DNA of 64,000 nt from Takakia lepidozioides (Eukaryota > Plantae > Bryophyta): NCBI GenBank assembly GCA_030704615.1, contig CM060733.1, positions 36,146,001 to 36,210,000 of the forward strand. The letters run 5' to 3'. Positions 26,838-38,993 of this stretch are shown here, in pieces. The notes under the pieces are model-generated. The model was not told where the DNA came from, ran no database searches, and saw only the letters and a list, made by a program, of their open reading frames with translations. The translations under genes and the position numbers were made by a program. Numbering within the stretch: the stretch's first letter is position 1; every line of letters starts with the position of its first letter.

Positions 26838-27204
26838 AGTAACACAGTGGGCTTTAGGCCCTATGACCGTTCAGATCTAACGGTGAATTTTTGTCATTTT
26901 TACCCCCGGATAAAATTGATAAGATGCCCCATATCGGGGGCATCCCAACACACTTGGAAGTGCCTGATTTCATGAAGTCCACACAAAGTTATGGGGTTTC
27001 AAAGTTAAACCAATTAGAATGCTTGTGTGAACTTTGAGCCCTATGACCAATCACATGTTTTGGGGGGTTCTATCAGACAACTGTTTGCCAAGTGGCAAAA
27101 CTGAGCAGTCTTGGGCCCAGCAATGGTCGCTCATGCGACCTGACCCAAAGCAGTTATCAGGTGAACGGTCATAGGTACTATAACGGTCATAGGGTGTTCT
27201 TACT
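26838..27204. mobile_element. MITE relic
   Basis: Inverted repeat CCCTATGACCGTT (26859-26871) / AACGGTCATAGGG (27182-27194) with extra internal copies. Termini are degraded. Confidence 0.5.
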
Positions 27205-27384
27205 ACAGAACAGACCACAGTTTGTTACTCTCTTTTTGATGTAGGAATACCACATCGTAGTTTTCGTTATGATAGAAACAGATTCCTGAGGGGGCCTCTC
27301 TTGAAGATAACAACTACAAATAAAACTTGCTTGCTGTTGTGTGCATGCCTCTCGGTGTGTCTGGTTTCTCTCACAAGCACAGGG

Positions 27385-30300
27385 ATGGCAGCGCGCTCGG
27401 CCGCTTGCTTGAGCGCGCAGGGCGAAACCACACCCAAGGCCCTATATTCTCCTTGTTGGGAAGGGGCGGGGAGCCTCACATCATGCAGCAGATCGGTGGG
27501 CGAGGCTGTGGAGCTGAGATTGGTATCCAGCTTGGCGAAGTCGGGCTCCAGAACCGTGCTAGTGATGGCTGTGATGCCTCCCCAGCCTCAAGAGATATTG
27601 GCACAAGGTATAGACATTTTCGTTTGTACCTGGTTAATTTTGGGTTTCTTAGCTGTTTGGGTGGGCACCAATCAAGGAGGTGTGACTGGTGTGATTTGAA
27701 GTGAGAGAGAGTGACTCGCGTGATTTGAGAGAGAGACAGAGTGATAGAGGGAGAGAGATCTTATGGCAATCCTCAACTCAGGCAATTAGGAACTCATGTT
27801 GCATGCAGAGCAAACAACGAGCAGCGATCAGCTCTGGCAGGAGTTTTTCTCAGATCCTTCTAAATGGTGGGACAACAGGTTTCATAAGGTGAGCTATCTT
27901 CCTTTAGTACAGGATATATTTTTTCTGAGAAGGTCTGTGACTGAAGTTTGCAGGTTAATGTTTGTGAGCTGGATTGTATATCCAATTGCACTGATGTTTT
28001 TTTCTGTTTATCTGGAAAAATGCAGGGAAAATGTGGATATTATTGTTGCGCTTAATAGCTTGTTCTTCCTTGTTAGCAGGAATAAAAGTAGGTTGCTCAA
28101 AAGTTTTCCCTTGTTTTTTGAAACTACGTGAGGCGATGTTGAAGCTATGGCTGCTCAGCCCACTGGTAGTCTTCACAGAAAAGTCCAAGTTCACCAGACT
28201 TCAGACATAAGCGCAGAAAGGAGGCCCTTTGGATCGACAAGTGGTCGAACCCTCCTTGGGTGAAAGCAGAGCTGGCTGCCATGATAGAAGGTCAAGAACA
28301 ATGTGGTGATGTGAGGGCGCTATGTATGGCAGGACGACTGAAAGAGGCCCTGCACATTTTGTACCGACAGAACATTTCAGCAGATTCTGCAACTTATGTC
28401 TGTCTCTTGCGGGAGTGCATCAACATGCAAGGTCTAGCAGAGGGAAAGCAGGTGCATGCCCACATTATTGAAAGTGGATTCAAGCCAAGCATTTTTCTAC
28501 TCAACACCCTTATTAACATGTATGCCAAGTGTGGCAGCATCGTGGATGCACGTCAAGTGTTTGATAAAATGCCTAAACGAGACTTGTTTGCTTGGAATAT
28601 AATGATAACAGGGTATGCTAACCATGGGTGTGGTAGGGAGGCCTTTGAGATCTATGAACAAATGAAACGAGAAGGGGTGGTGCCTGACAAAGTCACCTTC
28701 ATTTGCATTCTCAAGGCGTGTGCCAGCCTTGCAGTCCTCCAAAAGGGCATAGAGGTCCACACTGACATCATCAAATCTGTAATTGTGCCAGATGTCATTC
28801 TGGAGACTGCCCTTGCTGACATGTATGCCAAATGTGGGAGCATGAGGGATGCACGGCAAGTGTTCAACAGTATGACTGAGCGAGATGTGGTCTCATGGAA
28901 CGCAATGATTGCAGGATATGCTCAGCATGGGTGTGGTATGGATGCTTTCGAGATGTATCAGCAAATGATTCAGAACGGGGTAAAACCCACCAAAGTCACC
29001 TTTATTTGCATTCTCAATGCATGTGCTGGCCTGGGAGCCCTGGAAAAAGGCAAAGAGGTTCATGCTCACATCATCAAAGTTGCAATTAAGCAAGATGTCA
29101 TTCTAGAGACTGCCCTTGCTCACATGTATGCCAAATGTGGTAGCATGAAGGATGCGCGTCAAGTCTTTGACAATATGGCTGAGCGAAATGTGGTCTCATG
29201 GAGTGCGATGATTGCAGGATATGCTCAGCAAGGGTCTGTTGGGGAGGCTTTCAAAAGCTATGAGGACATGATGCAAGAAGGTGTGATGCCTGATAAGGTG
29301 ACATTTATTTGCATTCTCAATGCGTGTGCCAGCATGGCAGCTCTGGCAAAGGGCAAAGAGGTCCATTCTGACATCAAGAGAGCTGGAATTGCACCAGATG
29401 TCATACTGGAGACTGCCATTGCTGCCATGTACGCAAAATGTGGGAGCATGACTGATGCACAGCAAGTGTTTGACAATATGGCTCAACGAGATGTGGTCTC
29501 CTGGAATGTGATGATAGCAGGATATGCTGAGCATGGGTGTGGAAGAGATGCTTTTGAGATGTATCATCGAATGATACAAGAAGGTGTGACTCCCAACAAG
29601 GTCACGTTCCTTTGTATTCTCAATGCATGTGGCAGCCCAGCATTCCTGGAGAAGGGCAAAGAGGTCCATGCTGCCATCATGAAAGCCTTGGTTGAGCCAG
29701 ATATAATGCTGGAAAATACCCTTGTTGACATGTATGCAAAATGTGGGAGCATCCAGGATGCACGTCGTGTCTTTGACAGTATGGCTGAACAGGATTCTGT
29801 CTCATTGACTGCGATGATTGCAGGATATGCTCAGCATGGGTGTGGTATGGAGGCTCTTGAGATCTATGAGCAAATGACAAGACAAAGCATTATGCCCAGC
29901 AAGGTCACATTCACATGTGTTCTCAATGCTTGTGCCAGCCTGGCAGACCTGGAAAAAGGCAAAGCAGTCCATGCTGAGATCATGAAAGCTGGAACCGGAT
30001 CAGATATCATTCTGGAGACTGCCCTTGTTGACATGTATGCCAAATGTGGGAACATGGAGGGTGCACGTCAAGTATTCGAGAGTATGGCTCAACAGGATGT
30101 GGTCTCATGGAGTGCAATGATCACAGGATATGCTCAGCATGAGATGGTGGGGGAGGCTTTTGAGATGTATGAGCAAATGATTCAAGAAGGGGTGACGCCC
30201 GACAGGGTCACTTTCATGTGCATCCTCAATGCGTGTACCAGCCTGGCAGCCCTGGAAAAGGGTAAAAAGGTCCATGCTGACATCATGAAAGCTGGAATCA

Positions 30301-31628
30301 AACAAGATATGATCTTGGAGACTGCCCTTGCTGCCATGTATGCCAAGTGCGGGAGTGTAAAGGTTGCACGCCAAGTTTTCGACGATATGGCCGAACGAGA
30401 TGTGGTCTCATGGAACGCAATGATTGCAGGATATGCTGAGCATGGGTATGGTAGGGAGGCTTTCGATATGTATGATCAAATGGTGCTCAAAGGGGTGATG
30501 CCAAATGAGGTCACATTCATTTGCATTCTCAATGCATGTGCCAGCTTGGCAGCCCTGGAAAAGGGTAAAGAGGTCCAGGCTGACATCATGAAAGCTGGTA
30601 TTATGACAGATTTGTTTCTGGAGAACACACTTCTTAACATGTTTGCCAAATGTGGGAGTGTAAAGGATGCACGTCAAGTGTTCAACAATATGGCTGAGCG
30701 AGATGTGGTGTCATGGAATGCCATGATTGCTGGATATGGTCAACATGGGTTTGGTAGGGAAGCCGTGCAAGTATTTGATCAAATGCAACAGGAGGGCTTA
30801 GAGCCTAATGGTATCACGTTTATATGTGTTCTCTCTGCATGCAGTCATATGGGCCTAGTGAATGAAGGCAGTCACTACTTCGAAGCCATGAGGCAGAAGT
30901 ATGGCCTCACCCCTGCAGTGGAGCATTTTGGCTGCATGGTGGACCTTCTTGGCCGTGCAGGGCGATTGGATGAGGCAGAGGACTTCATTAACAAAATGCC
31001 AATCGCGACAGATGCTGCAGTGTGGGGGGCTTTGCTTGGTGCCTGCAGAATTCATGGCAATGTGGACATCGCAGAACGTGCCGCAAAATACGTTCTCAAG
31101 TGGGATCCACAGCACACTGCAACTTATGTGCTGCTATCAAATATCTATGCAGCTGCAGGCAGGTGGGACGATACAGCAAAGGTGAGAAAAATGATGCAAG
31201 ACAGAGGAGTCAGAAAGAAGCCAGGGCGCACCTCCATTGAGGTGGACAACGAAGTGCACACATTCATTGTAGAGGACAAACTGCATCCACAGATTGAAGA
31301 AATCCATGCTGAACTGAAGAGGTTGGCTGGGCTAATGAAGGAGGCTGGTTATGTGCCTGACACACGCTTTGTATTGCATGATATGGAGGAGGAGCAAAAG
31401 GAATTTTCGCTCTGCCATCACAGCGAAAAGCTGGCCATTGCTTTTGGCCTGATCCGTACGCCTCCAGGGACACCTATCCGCATCATCAAGAACCTTCGCG
31501 TTTGTGGTGATTGCCACACTGCAACCAAGTTTATCTCAAAAATTGTTGGGCGAGCACTCATTGTACGGGATTCCAACCGCTTCCATCATTTCCAAGATGG
31601 AGTTTGTTCCTGTGGGGATTACTGGTGA
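27385..31628 (+). CDS. PLS-class PPR-E-DYW C-to-U RNA editing factor with an N-terminal OSB-type PDF motif
   Basis: Exons 27385-27607, 27809-27888, 28179-31628 (GT-AG, phases 1 and 0 match). 26 PPR motifs (LSP x7, LS, P2L2S2; 303-bp period), E1/E2, PG box KPGRTSIE, HSEKLA, CGDCH, terminal CSCGDYW. Confidence 0.95.
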
Positions 31629-32186
31629 AAAAAGCAACATGCAGCAAAGAAATCAGGTCGCTTAAAGCGTGACTGGATGGTGATTTAATGATGAAGTCTT
31701 TGCCAGCAAAGAGTGAAATTCGAAAATTTTCTTTGTGCCTTTGAATGCAGCAGTCAGTACTGTGCGATCGGATCTAGCAGATCAGAGCATAAGAGATCAA
31801 AATCTCAGATACAAGGATAATTGTCAGTTTTGTCTAAAGAGGATGCAATGGCAGCTCATGTGGCAGAACCAGCAGCCAACAGACAGAAGAATGGTGAAGA
31901 ACACAAAACATTGCAACTTTAAGGAACTCTCAATTTTTCTTGACATTGACATTGTCGCTCTTGAAGCGTGTGAACAAGGTTCACATGAGTGAGTCCTGAC
32001 AGTACCCTAGGTGCGGCAAATACGCCAAGTGTATGGGACATTTGCATGGAAATCCAGGCTGCTGCCTCTCAAGCTCTGTATCAGATCCCATTACAGCACT
32101 CAAATTGCTTGATTGATGCATTTCTGAGATTACTGTTGTCTGCAACATTTTCAACAACTGAAGATTCCGATCTGAAAGCTGAGAGC

Positions 32187-34657
32187 TTAAGGTGGAGCCT
32201 TAGGTTTGTTACTAAATGACACTTTGAGGGAGCTTGCCGACATTTCGAAAAGCTCCCGACCAGATCGGCAGCTCTCCACAGCGGCATCAGCAAACCCTCT
32301 TATGATAGAGTGCACATCATCCATCGGCTGTGTTGCATCCAGAATCTGCAGCATCCACAGAAACACTTCAACAATATGACACCTGAGCATGATCAATATA
32401 TGTACATCTTAAAAGAACTAGTAGTAGAGAAAAATCAGGATGTTCACATCACCCTTGAGGACATCGGCCTCATAAAGCAAGCAATGCAAATTTTTTCTAA
32501 CCAGGATGTCTCAACAATGCCTGTAGGCAGCATTTCAGAGCTTGCCCCTTCACAGCTCAAGAATAAGAAAACTATCTGAAGGCTGAAGGTTCAGTAGATA
32601 AGATACTTCCCAACACATCACTTTCTACCCAGGCTGGCATTGAGCACCTAAACTGATCAGAGTTAACATGTAGCTGGTTCTACAAGGAACTTGAAAAGCT
32701 TTCTTTTCTTCAAAACTTATACCTTCCATGTTGAGTCCTGCAAACACTTGAACTTCCTCCCAACCTTTTCCTGAAACTCAACCTCTTCATAGCGTTCACT
32801 GCCATAACCCCCTCTCTTTGCTGCTACCTGCAAGGCCAGGAAAAACCTTTTCTATTAAGAACATGTGAGTCTCACTTAGCCTCATAGGTACCAGACAGTA
32901 TACTCTTCAAGGAAGCTATCACTGAAGGGCCTAGCATGTTCTACGACAGTGCTTCACAATTCCATCTGTTAATTGGAGGTAACAGTAAGAAGAACTCTAT
33001 TTGTAACATTTTGACTTGCAAACTGCACACAACTGCAACATAGCACAGAAGAGATAATTGTGCAATGAAACCATCACCACACCTCAGCAGGAATGTCGAG
33101 GTAGAGCACAAGATCTGGTGCTGGCAAGCCAATCTCTGATGCCTGGAGCAACTTCACCACTTTGATTATCCTGTGCACCTTAGTTATAACAGAAAAGAGC
33201 ATTCCAAATTCAAGCTTCTCAAAATCTCTGCTGATTGGTGTGGCATTGTATGTGCATCTAGTTTCGGATCCCCACCAACATCTTTCTCTGCTGAGAAACT
33301 CCACAAGTGACTCCTCCGAGTTAGTGGCTGAGGGATACTGGTTGTGAATCAGTGGCATACCGCGTGCTCTGTGAAAGAGGTTGACATGGATTTCAGGGTC
33401 ACGTCCATGTCTTTCTCGCTTTGTGTCCCTGTCTCTGTCAATCTACATCCATGATGCTCATCTAGAAGCTCTTTGATCTATTGTACAGACAGTCTCTCTC
33501 TACCCCACGGTAGCTTCGTCACACTCTTCCCTCTCTCTCTTAGGTACTCTGCATTCTAGTTTATCAGTAGATGGCTGTGCATTATAGTCAATCAATCAGA
33601 TTGACTGGCAGTCTACATTTATGCAAAGAACATGACAGCTTAGGTTCGGGCCGGAGGATGTACTTCGACTGAAAACTCAAGTGAAATTCGGACAGGCGAC
33701 CTACTTTGCACCAATTCACATCGAGGCCTTTAGCTGCCGAAAATGCAATCCCAGAGTACGAATACCGGTCAATCACCAAGGTCGTACCCTCCCACAACTT
33801 TTCCTTCATCAGAGGCCTGCAAGGTTTTCCTGCTTCTGTCACAACAGCATGGAAGACAGCTAGATATATGCGCTGCATGCAGTACAACGCAGCTTCGAAG
33901 CTCAAACGAAAAAAATCTACGCCTCTTCTCCTCGAATTAGTAAGATGGATTTCAAAGACGCAACCTGACCAGCCTCTCTCTCTCCCTCTCTCTAATCGCG
34001 CAGTCATCCATGCACAGACTCACACATTATCCCTATTTCAAAGTAAAATGCCTGCCGTGCAACCAAGGAAATTAGAAGATCAATAGACAACACCCCGTTT
34101 CCAATCATGATGTGCAGCTCCTACATCAACACTCAACTCCAGCAACAAGACTGTCGTCAGCCTCAGCGTGCAGCAAGCTTTATGCCAATTTCGAGCTGGC
34201 TGCTCCGGGGCTGGGGGAATGATAATCCGCGGGGGTGGGGCATATGTGCGCAAAGCCAATGTCCGCATTGAACGGACCATGAGCACACGGTCCTCTACTT
34301 CATTTATTTACGCAGCATCAACAGAGACACAGACCGTTTTGCAAAGCGGTTCGCAGAAAATATCTGGTGCACGGCAGCATCATCAAGTTCTTCCTTCGAG
34401 GCTAAGTACTTCGAGATCAATTCTCCCGTGGTTGTGCTGCGATCTGGAAAGCGCCAGGCCTCAACTGCAACCCCTTTTTTCTCCAGATATGATGTAAGGC
34501 CTAGAGCTTGGGAGCTCTTCCCACTGCGGTCTAGGCCTTCCAGAACTATGAGCGCACCCCTCCGGAGATCTGCCGCCATCGTCCCCATTGATATCGGTAA
34601 CACAGCCGCCACCTTGCGCCGAGTCCTTGATCGTGCAAATCTCAGCTGCTGAGGCAT
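32187..34657 (-). CDS. Thymidylate kinase (dTMP kinase) with a possible organellar transit peptide
   Basis: Exons 34657-34335, 33816-33705, 33142-33083, 32827-32723, 32345-32187. P-loop [55 protein letters not shown]. Confidence 0.93.
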
Positions 34658-34904
34658 CCACAGCACCGAGTTCCCAGTTGAAATCGACGTGATTACAAAT
34701 TCAGCAGCCGAAGCGATTCGAGTGTGTAATGTACCAGAGCAGGAAAGAGAGAGTGTGAAAGATCCCCCGGGAAGCTCTGAATTCTTCTTACGAAATTAAG
34801 AAGAATCGAGGAGATGAAGAGAAGAAGAAGGGGATCCCTGGTTCATGACCCTGCTCCACAACACAGACATGCCCGCATGGCGCGAAAGTTCGAGTACAGC
34901 GCCG

Positions 34905-35032
34905 CATTCATCCGAATACATCCGAATTCATCCACATTCATCCACATTCATCCACACTGTTGATCCACATTCACATTGTTGATCCACACTGTTCATCCAC
35001 ATTCATCCGAATTCATCCACATTCATCCACTC
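34905..35032. repeat. Minisatellite of about 10-bp CATTCATCC(A/G) units in the divergent TMK/ZNF511 intergenic region
   Basis: About 11 units such as CATTCATCCGAA, CATTCATCCA and CTGTTGATCCA. Confidence 0.85.
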
Positions 35033-35122
35033 CGTTGGAGTGGGTTTGCGAGAGAGCAGACTTGCCGTGCGTGAGGGTGAAGGTTCTTGCTTGCGGATTG
35101 TGGGAGTCAGGGCAGGCCACCG

Positions 35123-37658
35123 ATGGAGGTGGCTGAGGGGGAAGGTTTAGGCAGGGAATTTATACATAAATGGGTGGCTGCGAGGCGCAGATTTAAAGTC
35201 GATTCTGCTTTCTTCTCTGCTGGCAATGTGGAGCGGGAGCTTCTGGCAAAGCAGGTATCTGTTTGTCTGTCTCTATGTCATATTAGTAGTCCGCTTTTCC
35301 TTTTTCTCCATTGGATATGAGCGTAAATCACGAAAATCATGGAGTCTAATGGAGTGTGACCTCTGACCTTTAGAGAGGTTGCTGTGCCGAATGGATTGCT
35401 GGACAATGGTGGAAGTTGTAAGTGCGGTTTTATTCAAGGTCACCGTCTCTCCTCGAGGTCAATTGGTCCACACGGGGGAGAGACGGCAGCATCTGTTCAT
35501 TGCGCGACCCGAGATCTGTCGGTCTCCTTCTCCCTTGCGGCCTAATTTCGTAAATTTGGCCATGGTTATAGAGTCCGGGGGACCACGCTTTTTGTTTCCT
35601 TCTGGCCCCGATGAGATCGGACATGCGCTCAAACCGCGGAGAGACGTCGAGAGCAAGTTAAGGAAAAGGTTCTCTGTACATATCAAGTCAGTGCTATGTG
35701 CTTCCAACATCTCCCAGCTGTTCCGCATCCCCTTTTGCTTGCTCCTAGCTGCAGTGAAACAGATGTTAGACATTTGAGGTTGAATGGTCAGCTCTGCCAG
35801 ACAGCAGACTGGCCTAGGGTGGAACTTCAGAGAGTTGCAGTCTATAGCTTTGCTGGCATGATATTAGGGCATTCAGAGTGTGCCTCTGACAAGATGTCTG
35901 GCCCCCCACATGGTAAGCTGGCTCTCCGAATTCTGTTGTATGGGTGGTGGCAAATTTCTCTCAATGATCCAGAGTGCACATTATGTGTGAGCACTAAATT
36001 TTTCAGTGGAGTTGTCAAGAAAGTATGATATTGGAAACAAGTGTAAACCCTAGCTAAACCCTCTGTTACTGGAACAAAATGGGAAAGCTGATACTTTTGG
36101 GGCTCGTCACATTCTCCTCTTTATACCTCAAGTAAGATAAAGAATCTCCAACCAGTTGCAGTAGCAGAGTCTGCAGCCTCATTGCCAGTTGCAGCTCTAG
36201 TAGTTCTGTCTTTGCATGTTTCTGGAGTTTCTTGTCTCTGGTTCTGTCTACCCGCACCTCTTCTCTCTTGCTCTGTTATTCATTGCCTTGCTTCTTATTT
36301 GATTTCCTATCATAGAATCATGTGTGATCCTTACAGATGACGTCTTTTCTGAAGCTAGCTGGTCTAATGCCTTACCATTTGGCAGCTATTTCAGTATCTC
36401 AGTTGCTTAGAACCTCAGGACTTTCCACTAGACAAGGCTTGGTGAAGTAAAGTTGAGAAGCGTGGTTGCGTCTGTACTTATCTGTTGTTCAATGCACACA
36501 GTAGGGAGCTAAACAACAAATACGGAACGGTTGATGCAGATTTCTTTGGAGATTACAGAGGAGGAGAAAATCCACATTGGCCGGTTAGAAGAGGAACAAA
36601 CTTGGTGAGCTACATCTGTCCTATGTGTCTTCTATGCATGCAAAAGAGATATACTCATTAGACATTGCTTGTGGCCCAGAGAGAAGCAGAGAGGGAGAGC
36701 CCTTACAGGGATTGAATGTTTGATATATGGCTAGTGTGGACTCCTTTCAACATTGGTTCTTATGCAGCTGCTCTGCTCTCAGTTTAGCTATATATACATG
36801 TGTGTAATATACACAGAGCACTTATACATAAAGCGGTAGCTTGCAGGCAGGTTCACTGCCCAATTGTGGGTTGTGGAGCCAAATTACGAGGACTGGGAGA
36901 TCTGGAGGCACACTATATGTCAAGACACACAGCCACCTGTTCTGTCTGTTCGTGGGTGTTTCCTACAATGCGTCTTCTCAATCTCCACATCTCTGAATCG
37001 CATGACTCTTTTTTCCAGGCCAAAGTTGCTCGTAACTATCCCATGGTAAGGTCTCATTTTCTTGCATGGTCTCTTCCTTTGTTAAGCTCTGCTGCAACAG
37101 GATGGCTTTGAAAGACATTAATACCTGTGCGTGGGGTGAATGCAGTATGCATGTCTGGTAGACGGCTGCTCTGGTTGTTTTCATAGCGACAGAGCAAGAT
37201 CTCAGCATCTGGTAGATAAACACCATTTTTCTCGTACTTTTCATTTTCACGGTAAGAAACATGCCTCCCAGCGCCAACGGCACCGGAATCGGATGAAGCA
37301 CGCTGGAATGCCAGAGTCTGTTTCTCCTCAACTGAATCAAGCATCTGGCAGTTTAGTTCAGCCGATGGACACCCAAGTCCTACCAGATGGAAGTCCTTGT
37401 CCCCCCATAGGAGGTCTTGAAGTTCATGAAGCCGACTGCCCTGCGGAGGATGCAGTAATGCCCCAGCCTGGAGTTCCTGATGTTCAAATGGAAGTGGATA
37501 TTCTGACAACCGCAGTCTCAAGACTGAGCACAACTTCTAAGACAGCTGACACTGTGCCAGCTGTTGTGAGTTTTGGGCATAGGCGGGGTCGTGGTTTGCC
37601 TGTCCAGCACACAAAGGGTGGTGGGCGGGGTAGAGGTCACTCTCATCCACCTCACTAA
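35123..37658 (+). CDS. C2H2 zinc finger protein, ZNF511-like
   Basis: Exons 35123-35254, 36540-36604, 36847-37045, 37146-37658. FFSAGNVERELLAKQ, CPIVGC..HYMSRHTATCSVC..LHISESHDSFF, YACLVDGC..HLVDKH. Confidence 0.9.
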
Positions 37659-38201
37659 AAGCAACCTTCAACTATGGATTTTCCCAGCTTCCAATGTTCT
37701 GCAGCAGTTGTGGTTTGCATTGTATTCATATGAAACTGGTCTCATAGCATAAACTTGTCACTGCCATGGGGTTAGCTTATTGCCAGGGTAAAGTCTCCGT
37801 ACCTGGATCCACCTCTCTTCTTGGGCTGCCAACATATCTGCAGCAACTCCCCAAAGAGCATCCACTATATTACCAGTTGTGAGTGAGCAGTCTATATTAC
37901 CAGTCAGAATTGCCCGCCTGCAATTCCGGTAAATTCAGAGGATGGTTCAAGTACTTGGTCAACGTTTTAAAGCGAGTTCATGGTAAATGTTACTCACCGG
38001 ACATATCTGCACAAGGCATGAAGCAGCAATTCTGGCTCATTTGGATGGGGTGTGACAGCCATCACACGATGTGGACATGTACCCATTTGGACATGGACAT
38101 GGACATGTACTTGGTGTACTTGAAGCATCATCAACCTGCTGAATTTTATCCCAACAGTTTGTGCAGGTGGTATAACATGAAATGACAATGTACTAGGGAA
38201 T

Positions 38202-38315
38202 GGGCCCCCCTGAGGCCATTCTGGTGGGGCCTGTAGAATTTTGGTGAGCCCGGTAGGGCTCACCAATATTCCAAAGGTGGCTTCCCCACTGGAATGGGCT
38301 GCCTGGGCGGGCCCC
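38202..38315. repeat. Imperfect fold-back (about 113 bp)
   Basis: Core TTGGTGAGCCC-GGTA-GGGCTCACCAA (38241-38266). The outer arms GGGCCC..CCATTC..TGGGG pair with CCCCA..GAATGG..GGGCCC. Confidence 0.7.
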
Positions 38316-38993
38316 GGAAAGGACTTGATGCTGATATCCCAGCAGTGCACTTTCCAGAGGACATTCCATGGAATGAAAGGCCTCTAACATACAAAGGAAA
38401 ATATCATCATCGGCCCCTTTATGAAACACTTGGCAAGTTTCGCAGCCCCTCTTGACAGCAGTCTTTCAGTACAAACACTTGATAATGAGCTGATGTTTCC
38501 TCTGTTGTTGTTCCACATTCAACACAAGCACTTCCTATATCCATTTTCACACATACTCGGTGAAATCTTTTCAGCTGATCCTGCACCAGCATATTCTGTC
38601 TGTCATTCATCTCTCTTCCGCTTAGGCATATAAAAGGGATCAGCTGAAAATTTCACATCGCTGAAGCATCTTTGGTCCCTTTTGTTTTTTCCGTTACTGT
38701 TTGCTGATGGTACCAAACAGTTCTGATAAAACAAGGCGAGAGCCTCGAGGTGTTGGTGTGAAGACAATTTTGATTAGTAACGGAGAAGCGTCACGGTACC
38801 TGTCCGTGGTCCCAGACGTACTTGCTGAGCACGGTGCGAGAGAAGCACCTCGCGAGTGCAGCGCCCGCAGAGGCTGCAGCAGCGAGATAAGATCGCCACA
38901 TTTAGTGCTACCGTCCCTATGCTTCGCCTGTGCACGTGCTCGCTGAGCTCTTGAAGTGCTGCTGTAGCTGCGATTCTGCAGGTTGGAGCAGTG

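Noticed and set aside
31200-31628. U-to-C-type (KP/GRP) DYW variant
   Set aside because: The domain has canonical HSEKLA, CGDCH and a terminal DYW, so it is C-to-U type.
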